DNA of 64,000 nucleotides from Tricharina praecox (taxonomy: Eukaryota). A program made the position numbers and the translations under genes. The notes beneath the pieces were generated by a model. The model ran no database searches. It worked only from the letters and a program-made list of their open reading frames with translations, and was not told the DNA's origin. Within the stretch, counting starts at the first letter, position 1. Each line of letters begins with the position of its first letter. Where the stretch lies: NCBI RefSeq assembly GCF_024521635.1, contig NW_026250416.1, forward strand, positions 186,001-250,000. The letters are read 5' to 3'. Below are positions 49,547 to 61,687 of the stretch, one piece after another.

Positions 49547-50453
49547 TCACGAAGTAGCAGAGATCAAGTCGTCGCCAATTTCCTGCAGAGTCCTGCCACC
49601 AACGCTCCACATTAACGCACTCTTCCACATTCCACGGCCTGTCGAAGGGGGCTACGTACCTATCATAAACCCTGGAAACCTGAATCTCCCACTCCAAATC
49701 TTCCTCCTCGTTCTCCTCATCAACATCCATATCGTCGTCCGTCTCCGTATCCGTTTCCGTCGCAGTAGTCGTAGCCGGCGTCGGCGGCGCCCCGTCCCAA
49801 TCCCCACCTCGAAACTGCACATGTCCCTCACTCTCGGTGGGCACATCCAGCGCGGCCCACTCGCCATCGCCCGTCCCGGTGTCCAGCAGCTTTACCACAT
49901 GCAGGCGCGTGCGCTCAACCAGACTCTTGAGGCGAACCTTCTCGGTCATGTTCAGTCCTGCGCCGCCGCCGCCGCCCACCGAGCGCGTGATCAGCGCGTG
50001 AAAGCACCTGTCCAGCCGATCCAGCAGCGCGAACACGCCGCGCCACTCCTCGGGACTACCCAGTGCGTAGCCGGGCAGGTACTCGTTGAGGCTGTTGGCG
50101 ATCTGCAGGAGGTACTGCGTTTGCAGCGAGGGGGTGGATGAGATCCACAACAGGTCCACTAGCTGCGTGAGGGAGGTGAGGAGTGGCTGGATTGATGGCA
50201 AGCTGCTGTATTCGCTCGCGTACCGGTTCAGGTGCGAGCGTGAGATCGAGAGTAGCTCGCTGTCGAGGTGTCGGATTAGTTTGCTGGTGGCATGCGCGGT
50301 GAGAGGTATGCTGGAGGGCGTGGGCAGCGCGGTGGTGAAGGGGGTGGGGCTCGAGGGCGGCGGGGAGAGCGTGCGAAGGAAGCCGCCAGGCTCGCTGGGC
50401 TCGCTGGGGGTGGGAGGGAGTGCGGAGTCGGGTGTCGTCGAGGTGGCCGCCAT
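49547..50453 (-). CDS. TFB6: TFIIH accessory subunit Tfb6-like protein
   Basis: LPTP repeats, LWISSTPSLQTQYLL, FALLDRLDRCF, NMTEKVRLKSLVERTR, WEIQVSRVYDR and a last exon TLQEIGDDLISATS*, as in fungal TFB6-family proteins. Confidence 0.72.
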
Positions 50454-50588
50454 GCGAGGTGTGGTGGGTGTTGGATGTTTTGCTTGTTTTTTAATCGCGT
50501 TTGAGCGGTTGCGAATTGAATGTGGGGTTAATGCAGGTCATTATGGTGGGGTGGTAGTGGTGATGCTAGTGCGGCTGTGACGTAGGAG

Positions 50589-50725
50589 CTACTTGCTTCT
50601 CCAACAAAGGTGGGGACAGTGGTCGGACCTCGTGTGGCGGGTGAGACTGCTTTTGTAGTAGTTTTGCCAAGTTCAGCCACACGAGGTCCGACTGCTGTCC
50701 CCACCTTTATTGGACTAGCGAGTAG
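50589..50725. repeat. Long inverted repeat or hairpin (about 50-bp arms, 37-nt spacer)
   Basis: Arm 50589-50638 CTACTTGCTTCTCCAACAAAGGTGGGGACAGTGGTCGGACCTCGTGTGGC is the near-perfect reverse complement of 50676-50725. Confidence 0.92.
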
Positions 50726-50902
50726 AGTAGTGCCTATCGTCGCCTACTCGCACTAGCTGCCCTTCCCGCTCCAACTATAAGAACACGTGAACTTCTCCGT
50801 CATCGTTCTTCACTCGTTTTCACACTCACTCATTCGATTGGTCTTTCCACCACAACTAGCGGCTCACCAGAACATCCCCCTTCCTAAACCCGGCTAGTCA
50901 TC

Positions 50903-53514
50903 ATGCTTTCCGCCCAACTAGACGAGATCAAGGCGGGAATCCACATTGCTGCCGACAAGGAGCATCCTGATGTCTTCACTCCACTTCCTGAGTCGGTGTG
51001 CATTCGAATCTTGAATCGCAACGAAGGCGAGGCGTACCCTGTGTACATCAGCACGGTGGAGACGCCGGCAAAGGAAACGGAAATTCCGATGAAGCTGGAC
51101 CTCGACTATGCTGAGTTCCAGGGCTTTTCGGCCGACAGTGAGTTGCCGAGCTGGATCCAAGAGACCATTGAGGCGAAGGAGAAGGAAGATCCAAGTTGGA
51201 TGATGAACCAGGTCTACGAATATGATTTCGACTCTCCGGGCGCTCAGGAATACTCCCGCCTTTACAGCGACTGGACGGGTGACCACAGGATCCATGTGAT
51301 GATCGATGGCGCCGAGGTGGGATGCACTTACCTCAAGGATGCCCAGATAGAGAACGATAAGGGCTGGAAGTACAACCTCACGGGATTTAGGGTTGCGAGG
51401 TGCCACGAGAGGGGGTTCGTCTTGAATCCCTTGCCAGACGGAATCGGCGATGTTATGGGAGGTGTCGGGGAACGTGGTGGGGAACGTGGTCAAGTGGTTC
51501 AGGACGGCAACGAGGATAGTGATATTCCGAATTCAGGTTTCCGCTGGGTCCAACGCAGTGCAGCGACTGGCAACGCGCAGCCTCTTCCTATGGCTAGCGA
51601 CCCAACGAACCCTCTTGCAACGGGCTTGCCCCCCGACGTCAGCGTCGTGCAAGTAACGATCACCGTTGGAAAAATCAATGCAACCGTCGACAAGTACATA
51701 ATGTTCGGAGCTTCACAGCCACCGGGACTCTACGTTCCTCCGCAGCCCGATCCCACGTGCTTGTCTCCCTCTGGCAAGCATTGGAAGCCGACGGTTGGTC
51801 CAGACGCGCCAGGTGCTGGTCCCACCCCTCAATCTCATAAGAAGAAGAAGAAGGGCAAATGGGTGCCTGCTGATTACTCTAACCGGCCTGAGAATATCAT
51901 CTTCAATGCCTCCAAAAACCCTGCTTCGTGGAGGCCCATTGGGCTGGCGCCGTTTGAGACGAAGATAAAGCAGGTGAAGGAAGTTCAGTTTACGGCAGCG
52001 CAGCATCTCGTGAGGTTCCTGTTTTTCATCGGTGGGTACTTCCTTTCGCTGTTATCTGTTCTATCAATTGTAGTCCTAATGCTAATGTTCTGTAATTTGT
52101 GTTGGCAGTTCCTCCCCAGACGAGAAAAAACAAAACGGCGGGAAAGGAGGCTTCAAGCCAGACGTCCGAGCCACAGGATGCCGAGGATCAGCAAGATGAG
52201 AAGAATACCGAACCGGCTGTGCGAGAGAGTGGCGATGCTGCAGGCGGATCTGTGGCTCCATCTGGAGAATCAATTCCTCCCGATTCCGTCTCGAAGAATT
52301 TCATGAACGACGCTAATGAGGTCAAAACCGAGCATACCAACGCCCTGTTGAACCGATCCTTTACTGGGTTTGAGCCCAAAGACCGCGCCAAAATCTTTAC
52401 TAGTTGGGACACTGCGGACAATAGCATCGGTGGCAAAACGTCGATGCTGACCACGAATACGCCTCGCAATTCTTTGTCGGATATAGAAGCTATCATTGCT
52501 GGGGGATCCGGTTCAATTCACCAGACCAGTTATCGTGCCCGCCATGCTAACGGTAGCTTCGTTCAAGACAACTCTGCACGGCATCCGCCAAACCCGTATG
52601 CCCGACCCCGAGAGAATGTGCGTGGACTTCAGAATACGTCTCCATTTCATACGGCTGTCGATCCTGCCCATAAATGGAGCATGGGCAATGCCGGTCAGGC
52701 TTACCCAGGATTCTACAACTATGCCCTTCCTGGAAATGCGGGGGTGAATGGCCCGTCGTCTGTTGTGGGAAATCGTATGTCAGATATCGAGGACTGGAGA
52801 TCTCAGGGCTGGAGCTATCCCCAGAGCGGAGCCTCGACACAGCAGCCTCAGTTCCCCATTCCAGCGCCAGCGTTTGTGGATCCTGCTCAGATGAATGGTA
52901 AGGACTTCAAATATTCTCCACGTTCTTCTGAGAATCATCCAGCTGATATCAGTGAAGGTCTGCGTACTGGTGGATCTTTCCAGGATATGGACCAATGGAG
53001 ATCTCAGGGCTGGAACTATCCCCAGAGCGGAGGCTCGACACAGCAGCCTCAGTTCCCCGTTCCAGCGCCAGTGTTTGTGGATCCTGCTCAGATGAATGGT
53101 AAGGACTTCAAATATTCTCCACGTGCTTCTGAGAATTATCCAGCTGATATCAGTGAAGGTTTGCCGACTGGTGGATCTGCATCTTTCCAGGGTATGGACG
53201 AATGGAGAGCTCAGGGCTGGGAACCTCACCCGGGCAATGAGTACCGTAGATCTCACCAGGGCATAGTGGACCGGGGAGATGCTTACAATATGGCTCCTGC
53301 TCCACACTTCAACTGGAGAGCTAACCAGGACATGGTGGGCCACAGAGAGGTTGAGCCTATGGCTCCTTCTCCTCATTCGATGATTTCCAAGCCCGAGTTT
53401 GGAAACAAACGCTCTGCCAGTCCATCAGGAGAAACCCCCGAGAACAAGATGCCTCGTCTTGGTAGCTCGATTGTTGAGTTCGAAAACTGCCCGGCTGTTG
53501 AGGGTGGTGATTGA
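50903..53514 (+). CDS. Uncharacterised protein with a globular N-terminal domain and a tandemly repeated C-terminus
   Basis: ORFs 50903.. and ..53514 join in frame through intron 52032-52108 (GTGGGT...GCTAAT...CAG). TATA-like CTATAAG near 50775. No family recognised with confidence. Confidence 0.75.
52782..53222 (+). repeat. Intragenic tandem repeat with a 201-nt (67-aa) unit
   Basis: TGGAGAkCTCAGGGCTGG recurs at 52795, 52996 and 53203. Units 1 and 2 are nearly identical (WRSQGWxYPQSGxSTQQPQFPxPAPxFVDPAQMNGKDFKYSPRxSENxPADISEGL). Confidence 0.92.
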
Positions 53515-54489
53515 GCGACGATTGGGTAATGAACTTTGAAGTCTTCTTACGTTTTTAGCAAATAGAAGGCAATGGTAAGTTCTTCTTCCGAGTTGTCCCT
53601 CTACTTTATAGGTTGCGTAACCACACCAATAGATTCTTTGACATAATAGCGTTTTTTTTTCTCGATCTCTGTGGTTTTTTGCTTGCTCTAATGGCTGCTC
53701 ATCTGTGGGATGAATTTCTTTGTCGATTGTTTGCTTTTTGTACGATACCCCCGGTCGGATAGCTGAGCGTCTTTTTTCTGTTCTGCGAAGCTATCTATAG
53801 TAGTCCTGCAGAATTGAGCTTGACGAGAACCTTTGAAACCTTCTTTTCATAATATGTCACTCGTGATTATATCAAATAACCGGTCAAGATCTCTCTAATG
53901 CAATGCATCCCGCTCTGTGATGTACGATGATCACTCCGCATCTCCGTGGATAAATGGTAAATGTATTCTGCTGACTGCATCTACGTAGCTACTCAAATAT
54001 TTGTCAATTAACCAGGGTGACGAAAGTGATTACAAAATGGCAAATTCACAGATCGGTTATAACTTATCAGGTAAGATGGGTGGTTGGGCTTCTGTTATCG
54101 GTACCGAGCCACTCATAGAGAAGACTGGTTCCTGCAGGCAAGAAGACGTGGATATAACGTGCCGTTGGACGATTACAATTATGTGTTGCCGCGGTTCCTC
54201 TTGCTGTGCACTTTTCTTCGGCGGAGGTAGGTAGGGAGCGCGGACGGGACGGATCAGAGTGACAAGGGGATTGCTTCTACATATGCTGACATCTGCCTGC
54301 GTATGGAGTGAGATTTCAGAGCATCAATTCCGTGCGACAGGAACGGACACGGCACGGCATATAACCCCACCGATACCCACCTGCATCACCCACCCTCATC
54401 ATCCCCACCACCCACCACCCACCACCTTCGTTCCACCCACCACCCACCACCTTCGTTCCACCCACCACCCACCCACCCATCCCGCAACA

Positions 54490-55618
54490 ATGGCACGCAT
54501 CACCTTCCTTCTCTCCGCGCTCCTGCTGCTTGCCCCCTCCGCCTCCGCCAGCGTCGCAACCAGCAGCAAGTGTCCCACGGAGGCGATCCCGGCGCTCGAG
54601 CCCGCAACGCAGGCGTTCGTTGACGCGGGAGCCAACTCGACACCCATCTACAAGCTGTCCGTTCCCGCGGCCCGGGCGTTCCTCGAGAACGTGCAGGCCC
54701 CTGGCTCCCCCAGCCTCGACACCGTGGACTTCAAGGAATTCAATATCAATGTCGGCCCCACGGGAAACGTCAATATCCACCTGTTCCGTCCGAAGAATGC
54801 GGGTGAAAAGCTGTTGCCAATCATCGCCTACTTCCACGGTTTGTTCCCCCGCCATCGATCCCCGCCGAGGAGTTCGTACTGATGTATTGATGCGTGAAAC
54901 AGGCGGCGGCTGGATCCTCGGCTCGCCCAATACGCACCGGCGCCTGGTGCTCGACCTGATGGAGTCGACAGGTGCCGCCGTCTTTTTCGTGAACTACACG
55001 CGGGCGCCGGAGGCTCAGTTCCCCGTGCAAGACGAGCAATCTTTCGCCGCGGTATCATGGCTGCACGCCGGCGACAACGCGGCAAAGCTAGGGCTCGACC
55101 ACCAGCGCACAGCGTTCGCGGGCGACTCGGCGGGCGGACAGCTGGCGGCCGCAGTGAACCTCATGAGCATCCAGAAAGGCCGCAAGCACCTCCTGCCGAG
55201 GTTCCAGGTGCTGTTCTATCCCGTGACGGACCTGGCGGTGGAGAGTTGTACTTACACCACGTTCGCGCAGGGACCGGGGCTGGCCGCGGCGACGCTCAGG
55301 TGGATGGCCAATGCTTTTGTTCCGAGGAGGGAGGATAGAAGGAGTATTCTCGCGAGTCCGCTCCTTGCGAGCGAGAAGCTGCTGGCCCAGTTCCCCGAGA
55401 CCCTGGTGATCGTCGCCGAGGTCGACCCCCTGCGCGACGAGGGCGAGGCGTTTGCTCGCCGCCTCAGCGCGAGTGGCGTTAGCACCACGGCCATGCGCGC
55501 GCTCGGAACGGTCCATGACTTTGTCCTGCTCAATGCTTTGGCGAACACGCCGGCTGCGAGGTTGGCGATTGAGGTAGCCGGGAGCGGGATCAGGAAGGCG
55601 TTGGCGGCGAGGGCGTAG
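54490..55618 (+). CDS. Secreted alpha/beta hydrolase, hormone-sensitive-lipase family esterase (abhydrolase_3)
   Basis: Signal peptide MARITFLLSALLLLAPSASA. HGGGW split by intron 54839-54902. GDSAGG nucleophile, DPLRDEG and HDF catalytic motifs. Confidence 0.92.
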
Positions 55619-57316
55619 ACTGGTGGAGGATTGTGTGATACAATATCATCTGGCGCCTGGCCTGGTAGTTCGTTTAGATTTCTGTTCTGTTCTGGTGCAT
55701 ACGGAGGGGAGGTCACTGCTTGTTTTTCTAGATACCAACCAAATCAACCATGTTTTCGGGGGAATTGATCGATCTCAGCCAGCGGCCGGGGCTTGCAATA
55801 ATCCGAGGGCGAGCGAACGAACTTGTAGCAGAGCACGGACCGTCAGGTCAGGTCAGGTCCGATAGTTACGCGGCATCGGCTATGCTTGACTTGCCGTGAC
55901 CGTGAAAGAAAAGAAAGTTGAAACCAGCCTACATCATAGAGTGAAAGCACCAAATCCATATATCCATATATAGCAATCGTAGATGCTCCCGCAGGCCGCA
56001 GGTTGCAGGTGGCAGCCGGAGGAAGCTTTAAATCTAAACTAACGTGGATGGTGTGGAGACTGTCTTGTCGAATACCACATCGTACACCGACTTCTTGCCA
56101 TTTCCAACCGCCGAGTTAACTACATACCTATTACCTACGTCTTACTCCGTCCACCATTGGCTGGAACCCACTAACTAACTATCCAGTATCCACAGCACTT
56201 GACCATGGAGATACCCGAACGACCAGCGGACAGCGGACAGTCGTAAAGCGTATGGGGTTCACGGCCGATGACTCGCCAGCCCCTCACTCACTCGACTTTG
56301 TATCTACGTAGTTAGCGGCTCCGACGAAACCGCCCCCCCTCCCCAGATCCCCCTTCCCCAGATTCCCCCTCCCCACAGATCTCCACTGTGGCACTGCCAA
56401 CACACACGCACACGTGCACCGCACGCACGGACCAACACCAACAGACACCAGCACCAACAGAGACCAACAGAGACCAACAGAGGAGATCACTGCGCTGCAC
56501 GTCACCATGCCATGCCCGCCACCATTCTTATGCCCGTCACTATTCCCCAAACCCAAACCTAAGCTGAAATCCAAGCTGAAACCTGTCACCCAAACCCAAA
56601 CCCAAGCCGAAGTCAAAAAAAGATGGTCTAAACTACTTCTTTGATGTAAAACTACGAGCAAAACTACCTAACTTGCTAGCTAACATACAGGCACAAGCCG
56701 AATCAATCGAGTTTCCAGTCCGAGTTCCAGAGTCACTCCTCCTCTTCCTCTACTCCTCATGATCGCATCACAAACTCCAGCTCCCAGCTCCAGCTCCAGA
56801 TCCGGAACAGCTACAAAACATACCCTCACGCACACACACATACACACACACACAGGCGGAAAGGAAAGGAAAAAAAACGAAGAGGGAAAAAAGGAATAAG
56901 TGAATAGAAGCAGCCATAAGCCTCAACCATGTGAAGAGAAGAAAACAAGAGTAGTAGTAACCAGTGAACCACAACCTCCTTGATTTTGAGTCTCTCCATT
57001 TTTAAAAGCCACTCTCCATTCCATTTCATTCCAATCTTCTCTCCTCCTGCTCCTCCTCTTTCCACCCGTTGTCGCAAACCTGAACAGAAAACAAGAACGA
57101 AAAGAAGGACGAACCACCACATCGGAAAAAAATGAAAGGGAAGGAAGAAAAACGTAAACATAAAAGCGTGACGACGGTCTTCAAGTCAACCGGGCGGGAA
57201 ATCGCAGAACCAATCCATTTGACAAAGAAGATGACGGTATTCTAGACTACGTTCTTTTATTATCCCATCCTCATCCTTTCGGCCAACGATAACAACGGGG
57301 ATAAGAACGAAACCGT

Positions 57317-58436
<1,120 letters not shown>

Positions 58437-59810
58437 TGTATAGGTTCGGAGGTGATGTGTAGGTGTTTTGGATGAGGTGGGGTGAAATGTATCTAACGCG
58501 ACCGTGATATAGTTAGTACAACCCCGCAAACAGAAGAAGACGTATACCCTCGCTCCCTATATCTATCTCTTTCTCTGGATAGAGGAAGAAAGAAATGAGG
58601 GCGAAGGGATAGACGGAAGCGGAAGCGTACCTAGAGGCGGGGCGGTGCCTTGTGAGTTGAAGAGAAGTGTGAAGAGTTGTAGTGGTGGTGGTAGCGGTAG
58701 TAGAGGTCGACGAGACGACGGGATTACTGGGGGGTAGGTGTTGTTGGTTTGTTGGTGTGGATTTGCGAGGGGTTGGGTTTGGGAGAGGGGGGGGGAGAAA
58801 AAGGTGACGGAGGCGGGACGAGAAGGAGGAGTAAGCAAGCAGAGCAAAATTCGGAAATGGGGCGAGTGGGGCTTGGGGGGTGGGCGGCGTTGGCTTTGCT
58901 GTTGTGTTGCTTTGTTGCGGGCGCCCTGATAAAAAGCCAAGCCTTCTCCTATTTTGGCGTAGTGCAGCTTTTCGTCGTTCCTCACCACTTCCACCGGCTT
59001 CGACGACGCGCCAACGCCCAACGGGCCCAACGGATTGAACATCGTCGCTTCTGTAATCGTCATACTCCATCACTCGAGAATAAACTCGGACGCGTGAATG
59101 CGTGACATCCGACTGTATGAGATACCTACTCTGTTTACAGGCGAATCCAGCTGCTGTCGAAGGCAATTTTGACCCCAACCACTGGGTGGCAAGCATGAGT
59201 ACTCCACACAATATGAGTCAAGTGCTGGCCAGTCTGAGGAATGACACACACTTGCTGTAAGGTTGGAGCATTTGCTGTCATCTCATCAGGCAGACACGCC
59301 TCTGTTGAATGCGTTTGCGCTATCGCACAGATTATTTCCTGGGCAATAAGTAGAAAATACAAATCGCGCTTGATTCCCGGAGGCCTGCCAGGGTCCCGTT
59401 CTGGCGCGTGTATCACAGAATTGGCAGGCCGAAGACAGCCTCATGAGTGAGCACACGGTATGCACGTAAGAAAGTACGCGAAGAAGTATTTAGCCACAGC
59501 AAGTGATTCGGAATATCACGACACATGGTTGTTTGCAATGGTAGAGATCTTCGTAGTTATAACTATCGAGGAGAAAAAGAAATAACCGTCATAAACCGTC
59601 AGAAAAAAGGAACAGAAACCCAAAAAATTCCAAACCAAAACCACAACCACAAAACACCTAGATACCATGACCACTCCCCATCTTAGAGGATTGATCGATA
59701 AGGAAAGAAAAACCAATATAAATAAGAGCACAATGTATTTGGACGGTTTACACAAGAGAAGAGGAAAGAAGAAGCTCTGTGCGAACAACAGATCGGATGG
59801 CGCGACTCCT

Positions 59811-61687
59811 CTAGAAGTGCTCCTTCCAGAAGCTGAACTCGACTTCCGCGGTAGTGACCCGTTTGCATGCTCTCTTGATATCTCTCGCGGCCACGCTGGG
59901 TCCGCAGAAGTAGACACCGACGTTCGTGCGCAGGGTACCGTCGAGACCTCCAAGGTAGGTCCGGTTGTTGATACCTTCCCGGATAGCCGTAAAGATTTTG
60001 GGGAAGTCTGGACGTCCGAACTGAGTTCCGGTCCTTAGCTGCGTGAGCGGATCCACCTCGGTACCGACACTGTTGAGCACGATGTTCTGTGCGGTGTCCA
60101 TGTCGAGTTTCTGGGTGAGATAAGTGTGTATCCTAAGGAAATCACCGTCGATGCCGTTCTGCTGTCTTTCGAGGGACTTGAGGAGATTCTGGAACCATTC
60201 GAAGGAGGACATGTCACGACAGACCCAGATGAACTCGACACGGCGGAGTCGCATGGGGGTTTTGCCGGGGTTGTTGCGCTTGTGCCAAATGTTTTTCAGG
60301 ATGGAAGCCCAGGGAGTGACACCGATACCAGTTCCAACGAGAACAGCAATTTCATTGTTGAAGACGTCCTCGGCAGGCGCTCCGTACGGTCCATCGATCT
60401 TGAGTGCTGGCATCCGCGAGCCGTTCTGTACCGCAACCTCGTACACTCCCATCGGGTCGAGATGGGCGTACTTGCCGTCGTCGGTGACTCCCAGAATCTC
60501 GGCGAGCTGCTTGGTGAAATCGCCGACTTGACGGATGTGCACGGAAATGTACGGGTCCGAGGGACAAGAGGTGATGGTGAATGGATGCCACTGGAATGCC
60601 GAGACCGCAGGAACCTGGAGGAAAAGCCATTGACCGGACTTGTATGTCATCGACGGCTTCTTGAACTGGATCTCCATGGCATCTATAAACAAAGTTAGTG
60701 ATAAAACTTCGAGCCAAACAGGGCTTGGGACGTACTGTATGGGTGCCTAACAACCTTAGTGATCTCGGTCTGCCTTCTAGAGCGGTACTCTCTCCACAGT
60801 CTCTCGGCCATGTAGAGCCCACCGGCCCAAATCGTGAAACGCCAGCCCTGATATCCGATGCAGTGGTTCCAGAACGGCTTGCCGGCAAAGGGAGAGTACG
60901 GGTCGACAGAGTCACGCACGAAGCACCCGGTGGCATGAGTGTACAGGCCGATCATGAAGATGATGAAGAGGTGGTGCGTGTACCAAAAGGCCTCGAAACA
61001 CTGGTGACGGATGTTTTTGTGGGCGCTGTACAACAGTCAATACACGTCCCTACTACACATAGCAAGAGGGGCGGCTTACGTCGTGAACATAAGAACCATG
61101 CATAGCAGCATAACATGCCCGGTCACTCCACCAGCCTGCGCATAATGGATATTCAGTGCGGTCACAGGTCTCACTTGCGTTTTTTCGACATTGAAGAAGC
61201 TGTTTCGACTGTCAGTCCCTGCCCGCCAGCTCCGGTAGAGGACGGGAAAAAACTTACTTGACGTAATGTGCGCAGGTGTGGATGATGGTGAACAAGAGCA
61301 TGGAGTACGCCGTCTGCCTGTGAAGCCATTGACTCTCGTCGAGGGGCAGGAATGTGATCTTCGGGCGCAGAACTCTGACGACATTCCGGCACATTGGCAG
61401 CAAAATGAGGCCTCCGTCAAACGCCAGCACCAAGCCGGCACCGCGGGAAATCCACACCGAGTATCGCAATCCGTTCAACGCAGCTAACCGCTCGTTCGTG
61501 TACTGGGAGTACCTGTGGTGCTGTTAGAGGTCACTGACCCACGCGCTTGCTCAGGTGAAGCGGAATTGAAGACAAACCATCCGTAGGCGAACAATCCCCA
61601 GTGCACTCCCCACCAGAATATCCAAAAGAACAGCTTGCGCCCGGTAAGCTCTCTTCTCCACCACGATTCAGCGGTTAAGGCCGCCAT
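59811..61687 (-). CDS. noxA: NADPH oxidase A (NoxA/Nox1, gp91phox homolog)
   Basis: Ferric-reductase TM domain with heme histidines (WLHRQ, IIHTCAHY, FWYTHH), FAD-binding QWHPFTITS, IDGPYGAP, LVGTGIGVTP, VGVYFCGP and terminal FWKEHF*. The short N-terminus fits NoxA rather than NoxB. Confidence 0.93.

Noticed and set aside
54380..54482. CCACCCA-rich tract with a 26-nt direct duplication, and the N-terminal extension of ORF 54259
   Set aside because: Simple slippage in the esterase 5' leader. The signal peptide marks 54490 as the real start.
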